This document shows positions 51,005 to 64,000 of a DNA stretch of 64,000 nt, piece by piece. This stretch comes from Daphnia carinata (Eukaryota). A program made the position numbers and the translations under genes. The stretch is taken from the NCBI RefSeq assembly GCF_022539665.2, contig NC_081331.1, positions 5,890,001-5,954,000 of the forward strand, given 5' to 3'. The first letter of the stretch is position 1, and each line of letters begins with the position of its first letter. The notes beneath the pieces were generated by a model that saw only the letters and a list, made by a program, of their open reading frames with translations, did no database searches and was not told the origin of the DNA.

Positions 51005-53911
51005 CGAAAACAAATGCAAAGCTTGTTCAGGCCTTGGACGTTTGCTATTTTGTTAAAAGAAGGCATCATCACTTCATCTGTGGTAGGCAGAAATATAACA
51101 AGGTCATACGTATGAAGTTTAAACGTTTATGTGGAAGCTTCTGCTACGCATCTCCATATGGTGTAGCTTTACCTTTTCAATACGCATGACGAGAAAATAA
51201 ATTCAGGACTATGTACCCATTTCGGAACCCCATGATTCTCTGCCCTTCCAAAATACTGCAGAATTTCTTATGACGAAAATAGCCACCAGTACTAAGAAGA
51301 ATTCCATTAGATGATCTTTATTGAGTCATAAATAAACTCAACAGAAACTACACTAACAAATATTTACCGGCATCTGCTGTAACATTTGAATCGAGCGCAA
51401 GTTGATGCATTACAAAATTATAGCATGTCAAGCAAACGCAAAATGCCAGTCCCAGATTATTTTTGAATCTTAAAATACCAACACAGTTGGCCTGATTCCA
51501 CAGAAAGGTGTTTTCAGAATGTCGTTTGCTTAATTATTGTAAAATAAACTTTTCTCCAAAGCTGAAACTACTACTGTAGTCATTATTTCCTTCGTGACGA
51601 ACAAGATTACATTTGACAATACAATAATGTCAGTCATTCCCAGTGACAGCATATGTTTTTTAACTAATTCTAATAGCACGTTCCACTTGGCTCTGGCTCA
51701 ACCATCAAGTTTGGATCCCCGTGTTTGTTGGAACGAAAACAGAATTTTCTAATTTCTGCGTCTACTAGCTATTCCATGTTTCTTAGATGACATTTTTCGT
51801 AATGAATGTCCTATCAGTAATGTCTACATTGTTTTTTTCGTCTGCTAATAACCCTCCGAGTGTGTTTTTCTTTTCCATCTTACCTAGAATAAAGATATTC
51901 CATTTTGTACCGTGCTGATTTAACTACAGAAAATAAATAAAAACATAAAAATCTTCGTAGTAAACACGTTTTTTTATTATGTGCTGTTAAGTGTCGATGG
52001 TAATTACTTATTTAGTGAGACAGTTAATATTCGCCAATATAACAGCAGAACAACAAGGAAAGTGGCGAGTTAGGGAAGGCATTTGCTTTAGAGGAAAACA
52101 TTTCAAGGAACTTCAATTCACTGGAGGATTTTATACAAACATGTATCACACACTTTCTTCCGTCGAATTGGATTTGTACCGCAAGTTCGGCACACTTTTT
52201 ATAACTCGTTGATCGCTTCCTTGTAACGGCTATGAGTCCGTGTATGCGTAAATAACAACAATACGTCTATGCCTCGAGGTTTATAGCCTAGTGGCCTACT
52301 GTAAAATCACAGCACCTCATCAATACCATGTGCTAAAATTGCCAAATTGAATGAATACGATGCTAGTGTGTTGTGGGGAGTTTTGTAAAATATCGGTTCT
52401 CGAAGACAGTTAAAAAGAAACATTATAACGTAACGTACCGTCGCCTAGTGAATCATGGTGTAAATCATAATGGCAAATTCTGTGTTTTCAATAAAACGAA
52501 CAGCATTAGTGCTACTGTTATTTGACACGTTTATACAGGGCAATTTCGGTAAGCATGTTTTAGGTCTTTTGCGTGTGTGTTTTCATTTTTTACGATGTTT
52601 TCTAGTTTATGTAAGGGTCGTGACCGTTTGGCGATAAACTCGTTGACGTGGAACCGTCAGAGAATTTTTTGAAGCTACTGGTCCACAGGCGGTTTGGAGC
52701 CTGAATAATAAACCACAAATAAACAAACAATATTGTTCATTCCAAAGGTAAGAATTTTGAAACAACACACAAATCACCATTTATTATTGTTAATCATGTG
52801 TGATAAAATGTGCAAACACGAGTCCGGAAAAGAAATCGTTGGGCCCAAACAATTTCTGCCAGCAGAAGGCTGTCCTTTTGGCTTTGATTTAGTTTAACAT
52901 GGAATTTATAATATGATAACTGTTACCTTATCTCGGTAAATGTCTTGACGCAAGTCTAACGCTACAAGTTGACGCTGTTTGCCGATGACCAGCCATGCGG
53001 TACTCGTCTTTGACTACGCTGGTTGCATGCCTCAGACAATGTTATGTCATCAGCAAACAAAAGTAGTTTACAGGGCAGAGTGACGAAAAGTCGTTTATCC
53101 TGCATGATTGCTGGCGTATTGCTGTGCGAAATACTTCATTCTTTTTCTCGCTTTACTGCTGCTCTGCGTGTGCGCAACCATAACATCCTTGGAAGGATGT
53201 TACTAATCTCTGACGCGTTCTGAACGCTCACTGTCATTTAACGACTCGCATCTGTTATGGCGGTCTAGGATTTGTCTATTTTCAAGGTCAAAATCGAGCT
53301 AAACTTGAAACTGGAGAAGGGCACTTCACCCGGTAATGATGGTCGGACGTAAATCTCAGCAAACCATGCTTCAATAATTCATCGTCGGACCGCTTCTCCA
53401 TCTACCGAAATAAGTCCGCTTGGGTGGCCGCAAATCCAAGCCATCAACGTGTCGCTCAACCCATCGGATATCTACTCGCAGACGAATAAACCAGGATCTA
53501 TGGTAAAACTCCTCCAAAATTAGCCCAAGTCCACGGAATCTTGTTCTGGAAATAATTATCAGATAGCTGGTTGTGTGCCAGTGTAGTATGCGCTTTTCTG
53601 CGAGGCCTATAAATAACATCTAGGTTGAATGGCATAACTCCTTGACGTAACGCGCCCCGCTTCTTGTCCCTGCTTATCTTGCGTTTAATTATGCCTTTTG
53701 TTATCTGTGATGGCAATGACCGTGTCATGTTTCGCGTGAATGGCGATTCGGCAAGTTAGTGGAAGACCGTGACGATGCCACCGGGGATGAGATGTGGCAA
53801 CCAACAAATATTATCAATTTATTTCTTCGCCACTGATTATGGTAGTTAATTAGCAAGAGCCAATAAAGGAAAAATTTGCAACTACGGACACAATAAAAAT
53901 CATGATCATAA

Positions 53912-55205
53912 TCAAGATTTACTATATTTTTTCTCATCTAGTGGTTCATACCCATCGTTCTGAATACGCTCCTTGAACTTTAAATAATCCCGTTTCCGGT
54001 CAAAGTGTTTGACCTGTAAAACAAAGCAAAATAGGGCGGGTTAAAACAAGAATAGACAATTCAGGCGACTTGCCATTACAACTATAAATACAGGACACAA
54101 TCATAGAGGTAATGAACTGAGGAATCTGCTCCGTCCAAAAATACATTGAACCACCGAGTTTGAAACGAAACAGGTATTTGCTTTTCTTTTTTGTTCACCG
54201 ATCGTCATCCTCGTCTTCTACGATTCAAGTCCCTTCAATTTGCCGTCCGAATACGTTAGGAAAAGCGCAGTCTATTTTTGAAATCTATTTCTAGAAATCT
54301 TTCAAGACTTTAATCTGCATTTATTGTCAACGACAGCTGCATTCGCAAATCTTTGGTCCGAAAAAAGATTTACAAACAGAGAATCAAGGAGGAAACTGAG
54401 AAATCTATTTTCTCATTTCGGTCAAACATTGGCGCTATCTGCGTTCTAAAAAGAAGGGGGCGGGCGGAAGGAGAAGGGTCGGTAGGAACTGAAGCAATTC
54501 TAAATTTAAAGCCGGATACAAACCAACGTCATCACCTTCATCAAGCGGTTTGTTCCTACGCAGCGGGGCACCCCTCTATTTAGAAACTGCTTTTCGCGGA
54601 ACTTGAAATAGTTTGTCAATCTACAATTGGCAACTGGGCGTAAAATGGACCATGACGGGCGACGCAAACAATGCCCAACTGGTCCCTAGCTTTCAATCAA
54701 AGGCACCGGTGTCTGTCGTCTTCTTTATTATTATTCATTTTGCTTATGCTGGCACTTTGTACCAGAGCGGCTGCTCTCCGTCTCACGGTGTGTTGACGGT
54801 CTGCAATTTCGATGGGTATTTTTTTTTTCTTTTTTTTTTTTTTTTGCCTGGCTCGCCGAAAAATTGTCTATATTTTTGTCTTCCAAACAGATTTGCAGCT
54901 TTACAGAGTTAAGAGCTATTGTCTGTCGCTATCCTATTCCTGGCACAAGGAGGGGCAAATCTGTCACCGTAATTCTTTCATCTACAGCTATTTTGGCTCT
55001 CTATTTTCGAGCTAAGATTTAAACAGGCTTGCACACCGTAGATCAAGAAAATTTTACTTACCCATTGACTCGGACAGGTAGTTTCGTAGGCGGCCCTTAC
55101 TTCCATGCACTTTTCCATTTGATCGCCGCTCTTATCCAAGCACTCCCAGTAGCGATCACGGGAATCCCAGCATTTTTGGCGTTTTTCTTTGTCCGGGAAT
55201 GACAT
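53912..55205 (-). CDS. COA6: Cytochrome c oxidase assembly factor 6 (COX6B-like fold), 81 aa; exons 55062-55205 and 53912-54013
   Basis: MSFPDKEKRQKCWDSRDRYWECLD..C..CPSQW|VKHFDRKRDYLKFKERIQNDGYEP, with CX9C-Xn-CX10C pattern. Junction TGG|gtaagt...tttacag|GTC. Confidence 0.9.
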
Positions 55206-57334
55206 TATGTTGCTCTCGAAGTACAGGTGATTACGCAGATTAGCCGGAATTATTTATCGCCGTCAATTAGAGTCTCAAATTTGCAGCGGCGTAAATCGTT
55301 TCTGTTAAGTTCAATGAAACCAGCAAACTATGATTAACTTGCTCAGGAAAGCCAAAAAGAAAGCACTTGCGAAACTAGTGCTCTGATTGAAAAGAATGGT
55401 CTAAATCACACAAATAACTACAAAAGTTAGAGTATGCTAGGTATCTAATCAGACGGTAGAACTGAGTGACCGAATGGTTTAGAGACCTGAAGCCAACTGA
55501 AGCTCACTGCCTTAGCAGCCTGCATATATACTACGGATACACAAAGTTGTTAACGTATTTCAACGAGCCCGCTCCTGCCATTATTGCCTTTTTCTCATTT
55601 TTCATGTCATAGATCCCGTCCCAACCAACAGCTTATGAATGAAAAGAGTCGGAAATGTACACCTCCCATCTTTTCATTTTTCACCTTTCCCATTTGGCAC
55701 GGAAAGTGAATTTATTTCTGCTGTGGCAGCGACGTGCAGACTCTCCTGCGCAATATCTTTTAACAAAGCGTAGAAAATAGAAACGTCCATTTCCCCGCAA
55801 AATAATTGTCATGGAATGGCATAAGGTAGTGTGCTAAAGTAACTCAATTACAATTTGCTTTCTTTTTCTTTTGCAATGTTACTACAGTTACTACTACTTC
55901 ACGACACTTGATATGACTTCGCGCACGCAATTCGGATGAATGTAGATGTCACGTTTCCTTATCGAATCGCTCGCCATGAACGAGATATTCGTGGTAAAGT
56001 ATTTGGCAATGAAAGCACACAAAAAACTTGTAAGATAGTGTTGACTGATTCCCCAAATACGAATGCAGACGCGGTTCCTTAAGACCAAGTGAAACACTAA
56101 TAAGAATTCAGCTGGAATTTGCTTTTTAATACAGCTACATACTGCTCGCTATATTTTCTTGCAAGCTGTGTTTTAAAAGCAAAATTTTTACACATATATA
56201 ATACGATAAAAATTGAACGCCTTAGCCGTTAGCCTTGTCATTCCCACAATATTTGAGTAAAAAGTTCCAATAATATTTTGTTAGATAATAGAAAAAAAAT
56301 CTTTTTGCCTTTGAAACATCAATGGTAATTATCATTATTATTCCTAACTGTACTTGCATTGCCAGATGATAACTGATGTTTCTTTATGTGAAAGGATCTT
56401 CCTACTTAAGAGTTAAGAAGAGAAAAATCTTAGAAAGTGAAATTGGATGTCATGTAAAAGTTTAGTTCAGAACTGTAGGTCAAAAACAAATCTTTCCTCA
56501 AACTATTCTGAAATTCATTAAGAATTGGAATCCATTTTACCCCAATCGCCTCAACTGCATTAGGATTAAGATAAGGCTAAGATTTACACAAATCAAAAAT
56601 AATTTGCACAATAAATAAAACGTGATCTATCCAAATATTGCAGTTACTTAACTTTCAATAAAGCTTTTTTTCTTACCAATTCAAAAGCATTGTTTTGAAA
56701 CATGAACAAAATTCAATCGTTTTTACAGTGGAATAACTTAAGTATTGTGCGAATTTCTCACCTGAGACTTTTCCTTGATGCTGCCAACCAAATTAATAGA
56801 TTTTCTGAATTACTATGTTTGAAATCAATGCTTTTAGAACAAACTTTGTGCTAGGAAGTTTAAAGAAGACCCATTCGACTTTCGGCAAACACAACTTATA
56901 ATGGTATCGTCTGCTGCAATTTAAATATACAGCCGTACAGCATTGACAAGCCGATTTTAATACACTTATGTTCTTGAATTTGGAAGAATGCTAATGTTCT
57001 ATTTGAATTCCTTATCATTTTCGATTGTTCATGGATCAGTGCCAGATACAAATGAAGCTGTTGGCCTGGTAACGAATCCTGATTACTTACATTTTCTGAC
57101 GCATGTATTGCGAAGCACAGTCGGACAGTCCTAATCGAAGGTCGCGACGTTTAAAGCCTTCAGACAAAGCGTAACCTTTCGACTGAAGGTGACGCATAAA
57201 ATTATATATTCCTTTTAAAAATTTAAAATCAGTTGAAAAAATTGCAGTTGAAAAAAATCTATCATAAATAGAGTCCTATAATTACCACAGCACTTATGAA
57301 AAATCAGTTATTATTACTTTCGATCAACTAGTAT

Positions 57335-58392
57335 TCAAACAAGTTTAGTTGCTGGTTTCAGTCTGCGATCGGCAAAATATGGGTGTCTCCTTGGCGTATT
57401 CGTTTTACTTGAGTTCTGGAAGAATGTCTTAACCGACACTGCCTGATTTTCTTGCTCTTCTGTGTCTTCCCACTCTACAGGTACACCTTTGGATTTTAAC
57501 AGTTGATCAGAAGTTGACCAAGAAAATCTGACAAGTTGAGGGAAACCAAAAACTGGATCAATGTTTTGGGCCAGAAATTTTTTTGTGGTAGGATCTATTC
57601 ATCCAAATACAAATGTATGAGCAACTACATATTGAACAATTAATACTTCAAAGTTATTACCTCCTGGATAGCCACTTCCCCATTTTATGTCTTCAGTATT
57701 TTTTAAATCAACAAATGGAGACTCTCTGAACTGCCAACTAGACAAGGCTTTATCACGTGCCACTTTAGCACAAATACTTGCCGCACTGACAACTGGAAAG
57801 AGAGAATCAGCCTTTTTGGAAACAGTTATCTTGATATCTGGGAAAATAGCTGAGAGCTTGGCTTGGTATTTCTCAGGTGGACCAACAGTGTCAACAAAAA
57901 CAGAAGTGACATTTACTCCTAAACTTAGTGCTTTCCTGATGAGTCCAATTGCAGAATCATGAGAAACCTCATTTAGACTGTGCTTGAGCCTTTTGAACAT
58001 GCTATTGCATATTGAATTTGGAGATATTATTTCTACAACCCATCCTACAAAGTCTTTAAGTGAATCTAGTTTTTCAAAGAGTTTTTCACGTTGATCCTCT
58101 GAAAGTGTTTTGGAGTCAGCACACCCTATAGCTTTCAACTCCTCTGCTCGAGACTCTGGACAATATGTTATTCCATATACCATGGGACCTAAAATAATTT
58201 TTGATAAAGCCTCATGTTCATTATGTTAATAAGAGAAATATCATTGCTGTGAAAATTACCCAATACTGGTCCCCTCCCTGCTTCGTCAATTCCTAAAGCG
58301 CAGGCTTCGTTACGACAAACATCAGGTACTTTCGATACTATAGTAATATTGCGGTTATTACGTTCAGAAAATGAGCGTAAACCTTCCTCCAT
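57335..58392 (-). CDS. RNASEH2A: Ribonuclease H2 catalytic subunit A; exons 58260-58392, 57661-58188, 57335-57594
   Basis: [58 protein letters not shown] and [14 protein letters not shown] motifs. Confidence 0.96.
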
Positions 58393-59314
58393 AATTCTCT
58401 TCCAATGCTGATACTTATCTTAGAGCAAATTTTGCCTTTCAAAGAAGAAATTTCGTTTGTTTGTTACAGAAAAAACTTGGCGGTAAAAATTATTCCGTCT
58501 GGTGTGCGCCGTTGCCAGCTGGCACTTACAATTGTTATTTTATAGATCCGATACCAGTCATAGAGGGGAGTTCTTTGTAGATTTTGGAGGAAAAGTAACG
58601 CTATATTGTTGAAAAAAAAATGGGAGCGCCAAATCTACAAACAAGCTAATACCAATCCTGTGGTTACCTATAACCGAAAGAACAATGCATGGTTTTTTAG
58701 GCTTCACCTGCCACAAAATGGCCGGGAGGCCAAAAATCCAGAAGCGAACCTTCAGACCACTTTAACCGTAACTTACAGGTAAAGCAAGCAGTTTGCCTAT
58801 AATAACATGATTTTGCAATTTTTTCTAACTTGACCAGTTTGATAAGATGCAACCATTTTAAAAAATATTTGCTTTACATCCCTATTGTAAGAGAGACAAA
58901 AGATCGACGACTGCTTCATCTGCCATCTCGGAGTAGAAATAAAAACTATACAGAAGGGAAGCAGGCGTGATGATACGGTATGACAGCAGAGCAACATTTG
59001 TAAAACCATAATCAGTTTCAGGCATTCAGCCCGTCTGCGCTAATCTTCTATTTAGAAATTAGCCGTTGTTGTTCTCTTTGCTGAAAAGGGATTTAAATTT
59101 TTTTTATCTGAAATTTGGGTGGACGAACTGTCAATAACTGTATCCAAAAGGTGGTTAACCCTTGTCTGTGATGTGCTATTTATGCGACTGTTGAGAGGGC
59201 GGAACTGTCAGTCTTTGAATGTAGTTTTGTTGCAGTCGCATCCCTCTGAAGACAGGTATTCCGATTTCTTGCCCCAAGGACGCATATTTTGCCAATTCAC
59301 TACGTGTTACAGAT

Positions 59315-60426
59315 ATGATTGATCCAGTCATACTCGTTCACGGTGGTGCTGGAGACATCCCCGAATGGCGCGTTCCACTGAAAATGCACGGCGTTCGAAA
59401 AGCTGTTAAAACTGGCTATGAAATTTTATCGAATAGCGAAGGTTGCGTGCTAGATGCCGTGGAAGCTGCCATAAAAGTGATGGAAGATGACGAGGCTTTC
59501 AACGCGGGTACAAACACTGCTGTATCTATTTTGAATGCACTTTTATAACGATTTTATGTTTCTCGTACCCCTTAGGAAAAGGATCAGTTCTGACGATTAA
59601 AGGAACTATCGAAATGGATGCTATAATCATGGAAGGGAAAAATCTAAAAACAGGTACATATGATAATGCAGCGCACTAACGAAAAGTCTCCTCATAATCC
59701 GAACATATATTAGGCGCTGTTGCTGGGTTAAGCAACGTAGCCCATCCAGTGTCGATTGCCAAACTAGTGATGGATAGCACACCTCACATTTTTTTAGCCG
59801 GGCCTGGCGCAAATACATTTGCTTGTGAAAAAGGAGTGCCGTTTGTACCTGACGACGAGTTGATTACAGACTTCGCTCGTCAGGCACTGGAAGATTTTCT
59901 TCATGGAAAGGGGGAAGCTACCAGTGAAGTTGGGTAATGAATTTTCCGTACTAAAGTTATATCATAGTACATGTGCAATTTTAGCAAGGAAACCAAGTAT
60001 GGAACTGTTGGTGCGGTAGCCATTGATCGTCATGGCCGCATGGCTTGCGCAACATCGACTGGAGGAATGACGGGGAAACTTCCTGGAAGAGTTGGAGATA
60101 CTCCTCTTGTTGGTGCAGGGGGGTATTGCGATGACGCTTCAGGGGCGTCTTCGGCAACAGGCCATGGCGAGTCTATCGCCAGAGTGTGTTTATGCCATCA
60201 TATCATTGGACTCATGCAGTCCGGTTTGGGCCCGAAACAGGCTACGGAATTAGCGCTAACGAATATGAATAAAAGGACTGGAGGCACTGCTGGAGCTATA
60301 ACTCTTTCAAATAAAGGGGAAGTAGGAATATATTTCAATTCTAAACGCATGGCTTGGGCGTACGCGCAGAATGGTGAAATTCATTCGGGTATAAATCCAG
60401 ATGAAGATGAAATCGAAAGTATATGA
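59315..60426 (+). CDS. ASRGL1: Isoaspartyl peptidase/L-asparaginase (Ntn hydrolase); exons 59315-59507, 59576-59653, 59714-59933, 59985-60426
   Basis: VILVHGGAG, MEDDEAFNAGKGS..EMDA, autocleavage G-T in GTVGAVA, ATSTGG..GRVGDTP and SATGHGE. Confidence 0.95.
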
Positions 60427-60771
60427 AGATACCAAAAGCCAAGGCCCCAATGAAAAGAACTGCTGCGATATTCTGTTGTAACTAGTGCAAGTATGCAAAA
60501 ATTGGCTAATAAAAAATTTTAAAAACAAAAACAAAATTAAGCTAACCATTTGGGGACTGATTTAATTTTGCGTTGAATGGTTCATTGCAAAATATATGAC
60601 GATTATTTCAATTCTTCTAACATAGCAGACGAAATCGGTTTGTTTTTACAGCAACGGCCTCACACGAGTTGTTTATTTTTATATCTGATATACTGTTTGA
60701 AGATAAAGTAACTGAAATACTACAAGAACTATTAGAATATTGGTTTTTATCATTATTGAAAGTGGAATAGC

Positions 60772-61958
60772 ATGGCGACCAAAAGCTATGTAGGCCATTT
60801 GACCAAAGAAATTGCTTGTAAACAAGGAGCTGTGAGAGCAGTAAGATTTAATGGTAAACGTTTTTCGGTTTTTGCACAAAAAAAGTAAATATTTGCAATG
60901 TCCTTTTGTTTGTAGTTGAAGGTGAATATTGCCTAACATGTGGATCAGATAAAAGTGTTAAATTATGGAATCCTTATCGTGGAGCACTATTGAAAACATA
61001 TTCTGGTCATGGTTATGAAGTATTGGATGCCCAGAGTAGCTGTGACAGTAGGTATGGTATAGTGGTTTATCTTTTGTTAAAATAAGAGCACATTACATAT
61101 TCTTATTTCATTTAAGCCATATAGTTTCCTGTGGAATGGACAAGACAATTATTCTGTGGGATGTTGCAACTGGGCAGTCTTTACGTAAATACCGTGGGCA
61201 TTTGGGAACTGTCAATTGTGTAAAGTTCAATGAGGATTCTTCAGTAGCTATATCTGGCAGTGTTGACACATCAATCAGATGTTGGGATTGTAGATCTAAG
61301 AAACCAGAAGCTTTTCAAATAATGCAAGATGCTAAGGACAGTGTCAGCTCAGTCCAAGTCACAGACCATGAAATTCTAACTGGATCATTAGATGGCCAAA
61401 TCAGACGATATGACATTAGAAATGGACAAATGATTGGTGATGAAATGGCTAGTAAGTCCTTTTAAATTTTTACTGAATTTTGTTTTGTCTATTATATTGG
61501 GTGTAAAAAATGGATTCATTTGTTTTTTAGAACCTATAACTTCGGTTTGGTTTACCCGTGACGGTCAAGGACTGCTCGTCTCATGCCTAGATAGCACCCT
61601 TCGTTTGATTGACAAGGATACTGGTGAATTGCTACAAGAGTAACACCAACTTTTTCCTTTTATCTTTTCGAATTTAAGGTTATTGATGTATTATCTCCTC
61701 AGGTACACTGGACACATCAACACGGAATACAAAATCGATTGTTGTCTTGATCATACCGATAACCACGTAATTTCGGGTTCAGAAGACGGTACCGTTTATA
61801 TCTGGTCCTTAGTAGAAGGCCAACTCATCGCAAGACTGGAACACGTTGGCTCAAAAGTTGTCCATTCAATATCTCCACACCCATCTCAGGCTTGGATCCT
61901 AACGGCAGCTCAAAATAGCATTTATTTGTGGAAGGACGCACCTGAAGACGAAAAGTAA
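60772..61958 (+). CDS. WDR83: WD repeat protein 83 (MORG1); exons 60772-60853, 60916-61051, 61117-61451, 61531-61639, 61703-61958
   Basis: QGAVRAVRFNVEGEYCLTCGSDKSVKLWNP..LKTYSGHGYEVLDA, WDCRS..DAKDSVSS..ILTGSLDG..YDIRNG and YTGH.N.EY, joined by in-frame GT-AG introns. Confidence 0.95.
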
Positions 61959-63654
61959 TTTTATACTTTATACTTTTTGGAACGTGCCGTTGTAAAATAA
62001 AAACGTCTTTGATACAACTTGTTTTAAGTTTGCTTTAAAACAGCCGTTACTTATTTTCCATATGATGCACACATCATTTCTATACATCCAGGTAGTCATT
62101 ATCGTATTCAGGTTGTGACGGGGTTCTATATTTCCCCATAACAAAAAATTTTCAGGATGTTAACGACCATTACGCCATTATCCAACATCCCACATGTATT
62201 ATGTTATCAGGGATCTTAAAAACTTGAATAAGCTCGTTTTCCCGTTGGACTCATCCGTTTTTTTGTCTCTCCACAAATACATCTAGAGCAGGTTTCCCGA
62301 TGGAAAGATGCACTTAGACCAAGACAAGGACAATTAAGATTAGTCCTTTATATGTAAGTATATATTTACCGTTTGGTTGAACGTGGATTGCTGTGGTTTT
62401 TCGTCATAAAGTCCGTCTTTTCGCCGGGGGCTTTCCAATTTACAAAAGTAATGTGATTTGACAAGAAGATGGATAAAAAATAGCAACCGGGCTAGGTCAG
62501 TAACCTTCAGTGGGCAAATCGTCAATCATCAGCACGACAGCTAGGTTTAAAATTTCAAAGAAAAAGAAAATTAGCTGCAGGGTATGCATGATAGGGATAA
62601 CATTTTCCTGCAAGGCAGAAACGCTCTTTAAAAAAAAAACTAGGCAGGAAGTGATGGTTAAAAAGATATCCATACTAGAAGCGACCTGGAAGAGGACAAC
62701 GACCTCGAACGTGTACGCTATACGGTATACTGGATCTTTCAACGCAGAGTGGTCAGTTAGCTGTTGTCAATCTTTTCTTTCTTTGAATTTCAACACATTT
62801 TTGTTTCCTAAACCATCTAGAAAATACAAGGGAACACAAACTTGACTACTCTGTCTCCATCCTTTTTTCTCACTACGTTATCGAAGTAAGCTATCACCAA
62901 TGACGACCGTCGGAGTCATTAGACGGAAAGAAACGACAACGATAATCGAGATGGTGGATTGTGTTTCAAGATGCCCTAATAAACGGTGATGAGAAAACAA
63001 GTTACATTTCTTCCGTGAAACCTATGCAAAGCCAAAAGTATTCTGATGAAAACCTTGATGAACTGTGTCTGACCTTAATTACATGTGTCGACCTTTATGA
63101 TGTATTGCACTCGGCAAATGATCTCGATTTGGCACACCGTGTGATAACTGAGATCCGCAAAATTTTTTAAGGCACGTTTACGCGTAAGATTGTGAGACGT
63201 TGTTGTACTTACGACTCTTGAACTTTGGCAACAACCTTTCTTGCCCAAAGTGCTGCTGGCATCGGAACAAAGGAATCCCCGTCGTTAGCTGTTGGTAAGG
63301 ATGTTACAACAATACTCAACATACGGAAACCTGTACTCAATTGAGGTGTTTCGTTAATGATATAAAGCGTTCTTTCATCGTGCTCATATATCCTAAAGAA
63401 TATACGGTTACATTATTGTGGTACAGAGAGGCAGCCTTTACGCTGGGGATGCTAAGTACCATTGAATAATATGAGCTTACTGCTTACTGATACGTCAAAT
63501 AATGTGGCGCGTAGCATGAAAAGAAAATGAACGTATAACAAAATGTGTATGTTTACAAAGAATTTTATTGGTATTTACAAAAAAAAAGGAGACAAAATTG
63601 TGACTTGCCGAAAATCATGAAACATCAAAAATTTTAACAGGAAAGCATTCAGAA

Positions 63655-63862
63655 AAGGAAGAATATGTACAGAAGATAAAATTTCAAGCTTGCTCTGAAT
63701 TTACAAAGCCGAAATGCAATATGTACAAGAAAATTTTGATGAACTGGTTTTGCTGTGAATGTAGCAAAGAAAGTACAAAACCGAAGGGGAGTACTATATA
63801 CAAGGAATTTTGGGAAACAAGACTTACAAAACCGAAAGGGAATATGTACAAGACAATTTTGG
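63655..63862 (+). repeat. Degenerate dispersed-tandem repeat of TACAAAACCGAAAGGGAATATGTACAAG..AATTTTG, 3 to 4 copies
   Basis: Copies begin near 63702, 63774 and 63825, with a partial copy near 63655. Confidence 0.55.
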
Positions 63863-64000
63863 TTTACGGTTTCTGCTCAGATATTGGGAAAGAGAACAAA
63901 AAGGCTCTACTAGCCGATTTTTCTACGACGACTGCCCTTTTAGGCTGAGTTTCAGTCGCACGAGATATCGTCGTTGGAAGCTGATATTCCAGCACGTCTT

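Noticed and set aside
52470..53760. Possible small gene starting MANSVFSIKRTALVLLLF and ORFs at 53.4-53.7 kb
   Set aside because: Splicing to the next acceptor hits a stop within about 10 codons, and no coherent model could be built.
54905..54981. Poison cassette exon in the 1-kb COA6 intron (ag|ATG AAA GAA TTA CGG TGA..|gtaaag)
   Set aside because: The acceptor lacks a pyrimidine tract and could arise by chance; junction reads would be needed.
63655..63862. CRISPR-like array
   Set aside because: Eukaryotic context, degenerate repeats, irregular spacing and no cas genes.

Overview
Eukaryotic genomic DNA with many 60-70 nt GT-AG introns, most likely a water flea (Daphnia-like crustacean; this is an inference). 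The window has three parts. (1) 1-23.4 kb is saturated with microsatellites and homopolymers and holds one 4-exon Tartan/Capricious-family LRR gene, followed by convergent NKAP. (2) 25.3-33.0 kb is an accessory block. It is a ~5 kb palindrome whose arms carry a decayed multi-exon gene, with a near-identical ~760 bp inner tract and three tRNA-like Pol III cassettes in the spacer. A third, mosaic copy follows, interrupted by a 601-bp MITE (31-bp TIRs, 5-bp TSD, tRNA-like cargo) and truncated at TTAA by a Kolobok-like fragment. (3) 33.8-62 kb is gene-dense: an unrecognised 171-aa secreted or membrane protein, hillarin, LMBRD2, BBIP1, COA6, RNASEH2A, ASRGL1 and WDR83. The best leads are BBIP1, which ends 12 nt upstream of and in frame with LMBRD2 (bicistronic, readthrough, or nested in a 5'UTR intron), and the palindrome as a candidate hairpin-RNA locus. 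All gene models and alignments were read by eye.
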